Assembly: GCA_030704615.1 (NCBI GenBank)
Contig: CM060731.1
Span: 76,880,001 to 76,944,000, forward strand
DNA from: Takakia lepidozioides
Lineage: Eukaryota > Plantae > Bryophyta
Reading direction: 5' to 3'
Length of the DNA: 64,000 bases
The position numbers were made by a program, and so were the translations under genes. Shown one piece after another: positions 36,101 to 49,220 of the stretch; position 1 is the stretch's first letter, and each line of letters begins with the position of its first letter. The notes under the pieces were generated by a model. That model did no database searches. It worked only from the letters and a program-made list of their open reading frames with translations, and was not told the origin of the DNA.

Positions 36101-38799
36101 TGCTTGACCTGCATGCAAACAACTTCTAGTCCATGAGAACTTTGCTAACTTGCCATTATCTCAGTATATAAATCTGCAGCAGCTCCTAACTCTTACCCAG
36201 GAAGGCTAGTGTAGACTTCTTTCACTCTTCTTCTTCTATTTGCTCTGTCCCTCTTTCTCCAGCACCAAGTGACTGCCAGTGCAATCACATCCACATTTGT
36301 CCATTGTTGGACTGGGTTTAGAGTGTCAGGGCTGAAATCGGCAGAGAACTCACTACCATGACGTGTGCAAGGTTGTCATTTGCTAAACTAAGAAGTGTGG
36401 CACTTGCAGGCTGAGTTTCCATACCTGTTTCGCAAAAACCCCACAACTGGCTCCAAAATTTGGAGCTATGGCCTGAAAGATTCGTCACATGCAATCTTCG
36501 GAGGGACCGATAACGAGTATCTCTCTGTTGCTTTTATCCATCCCCCCTACGATTCTTGCTTTGCATCAATGTGTATCACATATCTCGACCTCTAAAGTAA
36601 GGAGAGATTTGAAATGATTACACCTACCGAAATTTTGAGGTTTCGGAGGATTTCCGTGGCCTGTGCTCCAAAAGCGAACTAAACTTTCACCTTGAGGAAA
36701 AATCTGATGGCCAGTCGTTTCCCAAAAAGAGGGCATCCCACAGTTGCTGTAGCTGCAAGCGAGAAATGCACATACGTACCTATCTCTCTCTCTCAATTTG
36801 CATATGGGCAGGTCCACATTGTCCTTGACCCATCCAGAAGAAATTACAACGATCCTGGTCGAAAATTGTCATCTGAAGGCCATGCGGGAGTGTAATCGTC
36901 GCCCTTGTCCAAGAGCTGCTACAACATCTGAAATCTCTGGCAGTTAAATTCTTTCTAGTCGTTATCTAAGAAACCCAAAAAAAGTGCTAAGAAATTTCCA
37001 TGTCTATACCTTTCTTCGGTATCCCTTGGGGAGCATAGCCATCAGTAGGGTGGGTCTTGGGCCCGACATTGGCAAGACGGATATCCATTCCAGCTCCACA
37101 GCCTGGCCCGCTAATGTGCTCCAGGATGTCAGGATTCCCGTCTGCTCACCGCAAGGAGAGGCGTTGGCGCCTCTCGTAGAACTAAGGACAGGCCCATACC
37201 TCGCGGCCATCCTTACATGACGGCGAAGAAGAGCCCATCACAGCCACAACTGGGAGAAGAATAATAAGAGTTGCTTCGCAGGGACCTTGAGAGATGCACA
37301 TGGCTCACAGTGTTCCTATACATTTGCAAATGCAGATCCGAGTCTTGCCATCAAATTCAAGCGATGCTGGAATTGTTTGCAGCATTCAGAATTATAAAGA
37401 GGATTTAAAGGACCTCGAGGATTGATAGATTTGAAGGCTGGAGAGCCAACTGCTGTTAGATCGCAGAGCAAAGAGACATGCAACACAACAACTCAAGTGG
37501 GCGATCTAGCTCTCACCACTTACGTGAGCGAATAGATTGCAAGATGAGAATGAGAGAGAAAGGAGATTGTGAGGTGTAAAGTAGCACAGTTGGAGGTTTT
37601 TGCCCGTTCAGGTTGTGATGCATCCTGTGGATGAAATGGGCAAGTCATACAGTAGATTTGAAAAACAGCCTGGTTACAGGTTCTCAAATTGACATGGGAA
37701 TACAGTTCTCTTGCTTCTCAGTCTGCCAGTTATTGCAGCTTCAATGCCAGTTTCATCATACAATTCTGGAATATTTTTGAGATTTGTCTATCTTCTCAGA
37801 TTTTTGAGATCAGATTTGCAGCCAGTTCTCAATTGAGTTCAAATGTACAGTGAGCCCACTTCGAGAATATTGGTGACCCACTGCAATCGCACAGCCAGAG
37901 TTGAGGTTGTGTCGGGCAACTAGCTTTAAACAACAGATGACCCGGCAAATTATCATGCCTACTCATGTGGCAGGCTGTCCAATCTGCAATGCCAAGCTTA
38001 CATGTCTAGCTACAAGGACTACAAGCAGCCAACACCACAAAAATTAAGAGAGGAAAAAGTATTTGCTCAATTCCAAATTATTACACTTGAAGGATTTCTC
38101 CGCAGTATCTACATGCTAGCTCTATTTATGATTCCGATTCTCCATAGTTGATATCACAAGAAAAGATAGACTAAACATGAGGAAAATTGACTTGACCAAG
38201 CCAGAAAATTATGCTTCAAAAGGTTAGAAGTCGACTTCACTGCTTGTCAAGGCATCTGATCCACTAGCACGTCTGCCTTTGCACCAACCATTTATGGACG
38301 AAAAGATAGAGAAACCTAAATCACAAGCGAATAAATTGATGGAAGAGATGGCGTCGTGACCGCATAACAACATGGTATCCAGTTGGGTATGGAGTCGTTG
38401 AGAAACACAGACCGCGGTCCTGCACCAGGGTATCGAGCTCCATGGCCCCGCCGATTCCCCTGCACTCCCGGTTCCCTGCGAACATCAAGTTCTGCATAAT
38501 CGGCACAGTCACCAGTCGGGTATACTCCTGAGATGCCATACCCAGCCGACAATGCTGTAAACAATCTGATCTTACAGTAATCTCCCCTACAATTGTGGTA
38601 AAAAGGTGGAATACCACTAGCTGATGCGTTCTGTGACTTTCAGCTGAGTAAATATAAGAACCGTAGATAAAGTTAAGGTAGAGCTGATTACACTTTTCTA
38701 GAATTGTGGTTTACTGGGAATTTCAAGCCCATTCCACTTCCTTCGAGCATGTTGCTGTTTAACCAGTAAATCCTCCACATGTGAAGTGGCAGACATCCT

Positions 38800-39161
38800 C
38801 ATATTGCTTATTTCACCACAAGAACAAACGCCATTTTGGAAGTGGTGATAGCGGTTGGCATCCCTTACAACAACCAATCGCCCTACAATCTTCGAAATGA
38901 ACTTGGTGGCAGTGTGGTAGTTATCACACACCCTAAGGTTCTTTGATGCCACGGATAGGCATCCCAGGGGGGGCGCTAACGAGCCCAATATGCTTCATAA
39001 GCCCACACAATCTCTTCAGCTCAGCATGAATTCTTCAATTGTGGATGCAATTTCTCTTCTACAACAAAGGTATGGACAGCTGTAGCCTGGCTCCTTTCGA
39101 ACACCTCCATTTTCCTTTAGTTTCCTCACCTTTGCTTATCGTCCCACCTACCAGCAGCAGC
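38800..39161 (-). pseudogene. Decayed E2/DYW remnant of the 39162-41909 gene
   Basis: After the premature TAG: [53 protein letters not shown], with frameshifts and loss of HxE and CxxC. Confidence 0.85.
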
Positions 39162-41909
39162 CTAGACGTTGGTTAGCAGCACATAAGTTCCATTGTGCTG
39201 TGGATCCCACTTGAGAAGGCACTTTGCTACACGTTCTGCTACCTCCACATTACCATGGACTCTGCAGGCACCGAGCAAGGCCCCCCATACTGAAGCACCT
39301 GGTTCCATTGGCATCTCATTTACTATGTCCTCGGCCTCCTCCAATCGCCCTGCACGGCCAAGAAGGTCCACCACGCAGCTAAAATGCTCCGCTGTAGGAA
39401 TGAGACCATGAACTCGAAACATGGAATAAAAGTAATGATGACCTTCATCCACTAGTCCGGTATGGCTACATGCAGAGAGCAGAGATACAAACGTGATTTC
39501 GTTTGGCTTCAAGCCTTCCTGTTGCATTTGTTCAAATAGCTGGATTGCTCCCCTACCATACCCATGCTGACAATATCCAGCAATCATCGCATTCCATGAC
39601 ACAACATCTTGTTCAAGCATACTGTCAAACACTTCATGTGCATCTTCTACACTCCCACATTTGGCATACATGTCCACGAGGGTATTCTCCAGATTGATAT
39701 CTGGTACAATGCCATTGTTGTGGATGGCAGCATGGACCTCCTTGCCCTTTTCCAAGGCTCCCACACTGGCACACGCATTGAGAACACCAATGAATGTGAC
39801 CCTGTCGGGTGTCAACCCTTCCCCTATCATTTGCTCATACATTTCAAAGGCCTCCCTCCCGTGCCCATGCTGAGCATATCCTGCAATCATCACATTCCAT
39901 GCAACTAAGTTCCGATTAGCCATGTTGTCAAACACTTTGTGTGCGTCCTTCATGCTTCCGGATTTCGCATACATGTCAGCAAGGGCAGTCTCCAGAATGA
40001 TATCAGCCACAATTCCAGCTTTCATGATGTGAGAATGGACTTCCTTTGCCTTTCCCAAGTATCCTAGGCTGGCACATGCATTGACAATGCAAGTGAGAGT
40101 GACCCTGTTGGGTGTCATCCCTTCCAGTTGCATCTGCTCAAAAATCTCCAAAGCCTCCTTACCACACCCATGCTGAGAATATCCTGCAATGACAGCATTC
40201 CATGAGACCACATCTCGTACAGCCATATTGTCAAACACCTGACGGGCATCCTTCATGCTACCGCATTTTGCATACATGTCAACAAGGGTGTTCTCCAGAG
40301 CAGCAGATGATGTAATTCCTGCTTTCATGATGTCAACATGGACCTCTTTGCCCTTGTCCAGAGCTCCTAGGCTAGCACACGCATTGAGAACACCAATGAA
40401 CATGACCCCATCGGGAGTCACCCCTTCCTGCCGCATTTGCTCATACATCTCCAAAGCCTCCTTACCACACCCATGCTGAGCATATCCTGTGATCATCGTG
40501 CTCCATGTTACCACATTCCGATGGGCCATTTTGTTAAACACTTGACGTGCATCCTTCATGCTTCCGCATTTGGCATACATATCAGCAAGGGCTGTATCCA
40601 TGATGACATCTGGTACAATTCCAGCTTTGATGATGTCAGCATGGAGCTCTTTGCCCTTTCCCAAGGCTCCAAGGCTGGCACAGACATTCACAACACAAGT
40701 GAAAGTAACCCTGTCTGGTGGAACCCCTTTCTGTTGCATCTGCTCATAAATCTCCAAGGCTTCCCTACCACACCCATGCTTGGCATATCCAGACATCATT
40801 ATAGACCACGTAAACAAAGTTCGTTCAGGCATTTTGTCAAACACTTGACGTGCATCCACCAGGCTCCTGCACTTGGCATACATGTTGACAAGGGTGTTGA
40901 GCAGATAGGTGTTTGGCTTGAGGCCACTTTGAATAATGTGGGCGTGCACATGTTTTCCCCCTACCAGGTCTTTCCTGTTGATGCACTCCTGCAAGAGACA
41001 GATGTAAATACTGGAATCTGCCTGGGTGCCTTTTTGGTTCAGAATGTGCAGTGCCTCTTTAAGTCGTCCTGCCTTACAAAGAGTCCTCGTATCCCCATAC
41101 ATGCCAAAAGAGTTCTCAATGACTCCCTCTCTTGCTCGCCTTTCAAAACCAGTGCCACCAGTTTGATACCCAACAAATAGCTGCACCTTCAACCCTTCCA
41201 TCCTGCATTACTTTTAACTCTTTATTACAAACCTGAATGTAAAAACTTACATAATAGATCCTAGCTACTTTAAACAAAGATCTTGATGAAGACAGGACCC
41301 ATGATACATATTAACAGGGTAAAATATTAATATATTCCTCCTATTTGAGAATAAACTGTACCAAATCTATCTCTTTGAGTAGGAACCCTTTAATCATCAT
41401 CAAACAATACCAGTTGTAGTCTTGGCCTGGAGCTCCGTAGTGTACCTTGACGGTAGACCCATCACCAGACTGTGCTTGACCTTGTACCAAGGCTGCTGTC
41501 ATCCAAGGAAGGTTGGACCAACCCTCAACCTTGTTTATGTACAGATGTCTGAACTCTGGTGATATTGGAGTTTTCTGTAAAAACAGGGGGCGGTTGAGCA
41601 GTGACATCTTCACTCCCAATCGTGCATAAGCCAGGTTACCACCAACAAAGCTCCAGGCATACTTCTACGGGGAACAGCCTTGAACAACTTACAGACAGAC
41701 AAATGTAGGGAAGTTTTCTCTTCTTCATGACAAAGAGAATAATCAGAATCACTAATCATCAAGTAACTTCCAGCCTATTAAACACTGTCTTTCTGCCAAA
41801 CAGACACTGACAAAAGCTTTCATGTCTTAAGAGAAGGTAGTCTCACCTTATCAAGCTTGTTGTTCGAAGGATCTGAGAAAAACTCCTGCCAGAGCTCTTT
41901 ATTGCCCAT
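39162..41909 (-). CDS. PDF-motif/PLS-PPR paralogue (17 PPR motifs, E1), truncated in E2
   Basis: Exons 41917-41847 (MGNKELWQEFFSDPSNNKLDK), 41574-41411 (KTPISPEFRH...EGWSNLPW) and 41202-39162 join in matching phases (0, 2). Stop at YVLLTNV*. Confidence 0.85.
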
Positions 41910-43191
41910 TAGTTGAGCTACGTGCAACAACTGCAATAAGGTGAGAGCTTGACTGAATTCCAGAAGTTCTAGGACTTTAACATAGATAGTTGGCAGCTCT
42001 CAATGATCTGGGTCTTACTGAGGAATGCTATTCCATGAAATTCACATGCCTCTCCCCCTCTCGTCTGCCCCTATCCTTATACAAAAGCTGGAAAGTAATC
42101 ACAGGACGCTGGTCGTTCACACCATAATTTGTATACCAGCAGTTACATCCATATTTATCCCCATAACTGAAGAGTTATGGCTAGCATGTGAGGCGTGAGT
42201 TACTGCATTCAGGCTCTAGGAAGATTGGCATCTATGCCCGCACTGGTTCGTCATCACTGTTCACAAGATCCTCTATCTTTCCTCAGGCTGGTAGATGCGG
42301 CTACAGAGGACTATGGCCATGCCTGTCACATGTAGTAATTAGTCCTATGCATCAGAGAATGAACTCAAAACTCTTGCATCTGTTGGAACCTGCTTAGGCA
42401 TAACATCACATAGGAGCAAGCACAGTCATTATGCTCATCAGGAGAGCAAACCTGGTGGGAATTTCCCCAAAAGCAGTGGGCTGTGACCACAAGCTAGATA
42501 GAGAATACCGCACTCTCTCTCTTAGAAAACGAGCTCTAGAAATAAGAGAAACACATCAGAAATTTTCAAAACTGAAGGAGTTGACAAAACACTCACGGGC
42601 CTATACGGACCCTGTATGCATAACAAAGTGAACTTCAGGGAATGGAATTCAGCCCGGGCTTCTGGTGCTCGAGCACAGACAGCAACAATCCTTGGGGAAA
42701 GAGACAATAATACAAGCTAAAAACCACTCACCTTCGGCATACACCGGATCTTGAAGAAGAGGCATCCGAATCTCCCAGCAAATGAGACCTCCTACCTTCC
42801 CACCTAGCGTTTCGAGGCTGCCGCCAACAGCTTGAGATCCCAGAAACTGGCGGATCTCTCGCCCACCTCATCAAAAAGAAAAATAGCAGATAGTTGCCTG
42901 CTCGACCAAGCACTCCGATAGCACGGAACCATTGTACCTGCCTCCCGCACCCTCTACATTTCCATGACTTGCTACAAAGCCCTGGATTTCGATTCTAGTT
43001 CGCTCTCATGGCCTGCGAGACCTATAATGAACATCCCTCGAACATGCTACTTCAATCCAAGAATTGGTAACAATGCGAAATCAGCTCCAATTAGCTTGCC
43101 TTGACAAATTCCAACGAGGCAAATTAACAGTCGGATAGTAATTCCTCCCGAAAAAAAACAGCGAGGACCAATTGATGTCAAACCCATTACG

Positions 43192-43401
43192 CTACTCCTC
43201 CCCTGTCTCCGGATACACCCCTGTTGCATCATACTTCAGCTTCGCCATGAGCATGGCATCCCTGGCTTGCACGCGGGCAGCAATCGGACCTACATTCTCC
43301 CATGAGAATCGTCGCCCGATTTCAAAACAGGTCAGCCCCGCCACCAAAAACAGTGCCGATGCTGCTCTGGAGGCCTGCGAGCTCGGCCAGCAGTTCACCA
43401 T
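43192..43401 (-). CDS. Small single-TM protein, uncharacterised plant family
   Basis: 69 aa with hydrophobic ASALFLVAGLTCF followed by SWENVGPIAARVQARD...LKY. Resembles from memory a small conserved plant protein; not verified. Confidence 0.5.
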   Translation of the reverse strand: MVNCWPSSQASRAASALFLVAGLTCFEIGRRFSWENVGPIAARVQARDAMLMAKLKYDATGVYPETGEE

Positions 43402-44757
43402 CGCCCCTCCTTCCTCCCCACCAACACGACGACCCTGTCAGGGTCTAGGGTTTATCCCCGCTGCCTCCCTTTCATCTTTTAAAGGGGGAGAATAAATAAC
43501 TTTCAAGATAACCGAGATGGTAACACCACACACAACTACATATCAGGATTTGAGCCCAGGTCGCCTGGATGGCACTCAGTTCTCTGCTGATACCCTTCAT
43601 AGAAACCAACGAGCCTGATTTTTCATGCCATGCGGGTTCGAACACGGGATCAGAAAGGGTGTGGGCTATATCTGCGTGATAAAAAGCAGCTGGGTGCACG
43701 GGCCCGTCGCACGATCGAACCAGAACCTCAACACGACAAGTTAAATAACGACCAACGACTTAGATTAACATATATCCGACGGCCTCGAATTGACAAATCG
43801 ACAGATTCTTTTTGTCTGCCACCTCAAAAGCAGCCTTTTACACATAAATAAAATTTGTGTCCTTGAGAGTCGAGCCTGGGGCCTCCCTAGTATTGGAACC
43901 TTCTGGGAATAATCTGTCTCAATGAATGACTCTGTTCGTTCAGGGCCCATGTACAGATAATAGAAGCCGGCGTGAGTGGGCCCGAAGAATCACAAGGTCG
44001 GCCGAATCCGGGACCCGCGGCTTTTTTGGTAATTTACTATAATTACTTTTGAAAAGCGGGACAGTAATGAGACAATAGAGTATCCCAGTCGGGACCAACA
44101 GGTGTCCGAAAATAGAAGCCCAGTTGGGGCCAACAGGTATCCAGAATAGCGCTACGTGTGGCGCCAGTTGGCCACGATCCCTGTGCATTCATCCATCTGT
44201 GCTCCTGTTCATCTACATCCTTGGCGTTTGAATCCACATCGACCATGTTTCGTCTACACGTGTGATTCTCCATTCGTGGTTGTCTGTAAAGCGGAATACC
44301 AAAATTAGGGCAGGGTAGGAACGCGAGGCTGAGTGCGATTGAGCAGGCGCCACGTGTGCCTGCGGCTTTGTTGCAGAGATTTATGTGAGGAGGAGGAGGA
44401 GGTGATGATTTGAGGCTATTCGGGGGGTGCGTGAGCGTGAGGAGCCAGATTGTGATGGTGATTGTGCAGGAATATGCGAGTAATTGAATTGCTGGTGGAG
44501 AGCCTGGCATAGCATGGCGAGGATGATTCTTGCAGCGGGAAGGGGGAAGAAATGGCGGGAGAGATTGTGGAGAAGAATTGTTTGAGCTGCTAGCTAGTAC
44601 TACATATTGATTCCATTTTACATTATGGTCCGAATTGAGCAACTTCAGTAGAGGAGCATGTGTTAAAGAGAAGGGGAGGGATGCCGAGAGGATGGATTAC
44701 AATCGCACTACAGTGGATTCTTGAATTCGGATGTGTGCTTTAGTGTGAGAAGAGAGG

Positions 44758-44761
<4 letters not shown>

Positions 44762-44794
<33 letters not shown>
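44762..44794. repeat. (GA)n microsatellite
   Basis: Direct reading. Confidence 0.95.
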
Positions 44795-44796
<2 letters not shown>

Positions 44797-47700
44797 TAGA
44801 GTGAGGATCTGTTATTATATCTGTATTTTGTTGTGTGTGAGAAAGTGCTAATGTGAGTGAGAGAGGACCTGTTTTTTGCTACGGTACCAGGCGTGCCAGA
44901 TTCGGTTAGCGAAGAGGGAGAGATAGAGTACAGCGAAGCTTGCGACTAGCATGGTTTACTTGTGAGCGGGGACAGAAAGAGGGATGACACTGTCCTTTAC
45001 TTGAAGGAGGGAGCCGGGAATGGAACTCGCGGCGAAGTTGAGGATGAGAGAGACGATGTGTTCTGGTGAGACTCCAGAACCAGTACATTGTCTCGGTGAT
45101 GCAGAGAGAAAGTAAGTCCAGTCCCGCTGCAAATAACAAAATATAAGACAGTAAAAGAGGAAAATTTTCCAAACTAGTAGTTCAGCTGAAAGCACAGTGC
45201 TCAAGAAAGGGAGAGAATTGGAGATTTTGAGAGCTATCCGATCAGAAAACTAGAGAGTGGTAGGCCATTGTTTCTCGCATGCCCGAGGATTGGCAGATTT
45301 CGAATTAGAAGGCCAGAGCGTGCGAGCGCTAGGATAAGAGAAGGTAGCGTCGATATCGCACTCCAGAACTAGAAGTTTTATGTGCAATGGAGGGCTGAGA
45401 TCATAAGCCCTCTAAGTATGACTAAGAGCTTGCAACTGTTGTATTTTAGTGATATTTATGATGCAAAAGTGTTTGAAGAAGCAATGACTTCGTGACACGA
45501 TGGAACCATTGTGTTTTTCCTCTCTTTTATTCCAATCTTCGGTGGTTTCACCCCGCTTCCTTTGTCAGAAAAACTCTTCTTTGTGTTGCGTACTACCAAC
45601 AGGCAAGTCTTTACTGTTCGATTGAGAGGGACAATACTCATACTTGATAGCTCAGAAAGAAAAGGAGCTGTAACGATCAGATTCGTACCCAGAGATGCTA
45701 AAGGACTAAAGAACAGGTCAGATTGTTGAGAGAATAGTGGCGCGTGGTGGGATAGCGGTGTACGATTAGTGCTCTTACAGCATGAACGGCAACAACATGG
45801 TTGAACGGGTAGTCACAATTTGAAGGTGTCTACAAGTTACGTTCAGTCCGCATCATCTTTTCAGCAACATATTGTCAGTTGCTCTTATTTGTCGTCCCCG
45901 CACATCATCACATAATAATCTGGCATAAGGGATTTTGCACTCTTTGGGTGTCATTTTGGATCTTCTACGCTTTGAAGTAGTCCTGAAGGTCTCTTATCCC
46001 CCTTCACTCGCACTCCCGCCTCCGTTCTGATAGACACAATGCCATCATCGAAAACACCATATCAGATGCACCTCTCTCCATAAGTTATGCACTACCTGCA
46101 CTATTTCAACTCAACCTATCAACCGGTTTCGCTCATACCAAGATTTCATCATACTTGTCTAACTAGGAGACATTTTTGATTCCTCAGGTGGATGCTAAGG
46201 AACTGCTTGATTGGTACCTACACCTTTGCAAGCTCCCAGTCATGCGGGAGAATCAACTAGGGGCCACTGAAATTTTGGGCTCCAGGAATTCAAAGGCACC
46301 AGAAGAGCGGCTTCCCACTGCAGGGAATATATCTACTTCCAACTACAGGCAAAGTCAATTGCCAGTGTTTGGGGACTCCTCCAATAACAGATTGGCCATT
46401 CTTGAGATTGGCCGGAAATTGGAGCCAGATGGGTCAGATGTCCTCCCTCCCACGTCGTCGTCATCCATAAGGCCCAGAAAGAAAGAGGTTGATGAAACAC
46501 GTAAAGGAGGTAATGTCACAATTTTCAATTATTGCGCAGAATTTATGCACTTTGATACCAAAGGTCTAATTGAAAACGAAGAATTGTGGTCATTAGTGCT
46601 GACAAATCATAGAGCTCTTGAAGCATGGAATACACATTTTACAGTCCTGCTCGTCGGGAGGGACATGTAGTGATGTGGTAGACAAGGATGCATGTAGCCT
46701 ACCAGGTTCGAATTCATTTTCACCCTTGAGCACCTTATGTGCGCCTGGAGAAGGTATCAGAGCAGGCAGGCAGCACGCTTGTTCTGCGTTGCACTCACTT
46801 TGCATATCTTCCTCTTTTCCTTAGATACGTTCCGTAACTTCCTGGTAGACAGCTCGGTGTGCATCTCAGAGATTATGGGTCCGACTTGCTGTCTGCAAGA
46901 TTTCACCTTGAGCTTCCACTTTTAACATGCATCACTGTATGCAGCAGGAAGAGGTCATGAGGTTCCCAAGGTGTCTGAGGGGGGCTGCCGATGCAAGTCT
47001 TGGAGTGATGTATTTCAATCGCCACCATTGCCACCTGATGGTGAAGGCCAAAATCAGTCTCCGCATGCTTTCAGCAGCAAACAATCAGCTTCCACAACGA
47101 GATCCATGAACACGAAGCCGACAAAAGGACTGAGAGCATTGGTAACTGAGAGATTATTCAGGTACGACCATCTGAAAAACAGCAATACATCTCACAACGA
47201 ACAAAACCCCTACTTGATCATCATGCAAGAGATGAGAACAATTTTCGACTTTAATATCAATACTTTTGCATCATAGCAAGTTTCCAGGAGGGAAAGCATG
47301 TGGTCACCTGGCTCAACCTGGCGCTAATCTTGAACATCCAATGAGTGTTCATAGCTCTGTAGCAGAGTCAAGGTACTATCTTTGTTCGGCCTACTGCAAT
47401 GTGGTGGGGCTATTGGCCAACAACATTGTGGTCCCACCCATACATGTTAAACTCTGTTCTGAGGGTGTGCCTATGAAAATAGGTATATTATACGTGTTTG
47501 GCTGGTATTAATATGAGTTTCATGTGGAATGAGCAACATGTTCGTATCCATATATGTGACAATACTCACGTGTGTTGGAGTGATATGCAAGCTATGTTGA
47601 GGATTAGTATTGGCATTAGATTATTGGACCTTCACAGACTGGAATAGCCGCCAAGTCTCTTATAGAATACTGACCTCACAAGGAATTCTTGAGGCAGACC

Positions 47701-48023
47701 TGAAGGAAATATGTCATCTTTGTGGGCATAGAGGTCTATGTCTCCTGCAAATGGCCAGGAAACTAATCGCAGCTTACTGATCAAATTGTTATTCGGCTCA
47801 AAAGCATCTTCAGGGTGCAATTAGCAGTATTGTGGTCAAACTTCCCATAAGGGCTGTTTTATGGATCTTACTCCGACAATGATCTAGATGCACCCATGAG
47901 CCAGGGAGATTTAGGAGTGATATTCAGACCTAGACAATCCTGCTGATTTATCTCAGGGATTCAAACCTTGGCTTTGGTGGCAATGCTGTGTTATATGGAG
48001 ATTCTGCAGTCAGTGGTTGATGT

Positions 48024-49220
48024 TTGCATGATCTACTTGCGTGCTCAAACTCTGTACCTTTTAGGCAGTCCAAGCCAACCAGCTTCAGTCCCTGGGAGAC
48101 TGAATGGGCAGATTTCCGTGAAAAACATGGGCAAGAAATGAAGGAGATGAAGCAGATGTATGCTGCTTTGCAAGCAATGTGCCATGATCTTAAGAGTATG
48201 GCATCACAGCGTGATAATGCATCAGTTTCAACCTCAAGGCGCTCATCTGTTTCAGAGAGCTGTGAAAGCAACAGAGTTGACAGGTCCCCTCTATTGGGGC
48301 ACAGTAATAAGGATGGGATGGTTGATCGAAGGCCTGATTCTTGTGAGAAGCATCAATCAACCAGGAGAGCAAGCTCCGTGCCTAGATCAAGAGTGAATTG
48401 GGATACTGGTCTTATCAAGGAGAATAGCATGCAAGTCCGTGTGCCCCACAACATTTCTGGGTGTTGCCCCACCACAGTGCTATTTGAAGAAATAGTGCAA
48501 GTAGAAAAGGCATTCCTGCGCAATTTCTGTGCCACACTGGTTAAATACGGAGAAGCCAGATTCTTGCCAGGTGATGTGGACTCCAATCAAAACGATAATG
48601 CAATGGCTGTACTTGTCGGCAGGCTTTTACCTCATGCCACTTTTGCAAAACCCTGGCACTTCAAGTATGGGATTGAGGCATGGTTGAATAGAGTGGTTTT
48701 CCATGAGTTTGGCAGCGCAAGCTATGGCCTCCAAAAGGAATCAGGGAGGTTTCACGACCCACTGCCACATCGAATATCCTCCTGGGACGAATACCAGAGG
48801 CTGGCTGTGCTGAGCCCAATTGAGGCCATCGACTCAGAGGGCAAGGTTTACCACCGAAACTTCCATGTTTTCTGCAACAAAAAGTTCCAGATCATTCATG
48901 ACAAATTGCAGTGGTGGCATGAATGGCCAGACACCTTGGTGGAGGACTTTCTTGAGGCGATGAAACACATATGGTGTGCCCACAAACTTGCATTTGCCTT
49001 TGAGCCACCAGCAGCTATGTTTGGAGTCAAAACGTCAACAGCATTTGATGAGAAATTCATGGAAGCATTGGATGCGTTCGCAGCTCCACAGTTCGAATCA
49101 TTGCCATCTGCCTCACGAGTTGGGTTCATGGTGACTCCAGGATTCATTGTTCAAGACCGAATTATCAAAAGCCAGGTGTACTTGATGCCAAAACTTGGGG
49201 CTAGTCAACCCCCTTTATGA
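48024..49220 (+). CDS. IRK-interacting protein / GIL1 family (C-terminal domain); start uncertain
   Basis: HFKYGIEAWLNRVVFHEF, FHVFCNKKF, WPDTLVEDFLEAMKHIWCAHKLAFAFEP, VGFMVTPGFIVQDRIIKSQVYL. Confidence 0.85.
   Translation: MHDLLACSNSVPFRQSKPTSFSPWETEWADFREKHGQEMKEMKQMYAALQAMCHDLKSMASQRDNASVSTSRRSSVSESCESNRVDRSPLLGHSNKDGMVDRRPDSCEKHQSTRRASSVPRSRVNWDTGLIKENSMQVRVPHNISGCCPTTVLFEEIVQVEKAFLRNFCATLVKYGEARFLPGDVDSNQNDNAMAVLVGRLLPHATFAKPWHFKYGIEAWLNRVVFHEFGSASYGLQKESGRFHDPLPHRISSWDEYQRLAVLSPIEAIDSEGKVYHRNFHVFCNKKFQIIHDKLQWWHEWPDTLVEDFLEAMKHIWCAHKLAFAFEPPAAMFGVKTSTAFDEKFMEALDAFAAPQFESLPSASRVGFMVTPGFIVQDRIIKSQVYLMPKLGASQPPL

Noticed and set aside
38316-38617. GC-rich short ORFs downstream of the DYW remnant
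   Set aside because: No recognisable homology.
32588-41180. Plus-strand ORFs over the PPR genes
   Set aside because: Antisense shadows of repetitive PPR coding sequence.
41900-43401. Bicistronic transcript of the small TM gene plus the PPR gene
   Set aside because: An Arg/Ser-rich exon ending at a GTGAGT donor near 42731 is more simply the PPR gene's own first exon.
44043-44642. 199-aa minus ORF
   Set aside because: No recognisable domain, TTG start, low complexity; likely promoter or UTR sequence.
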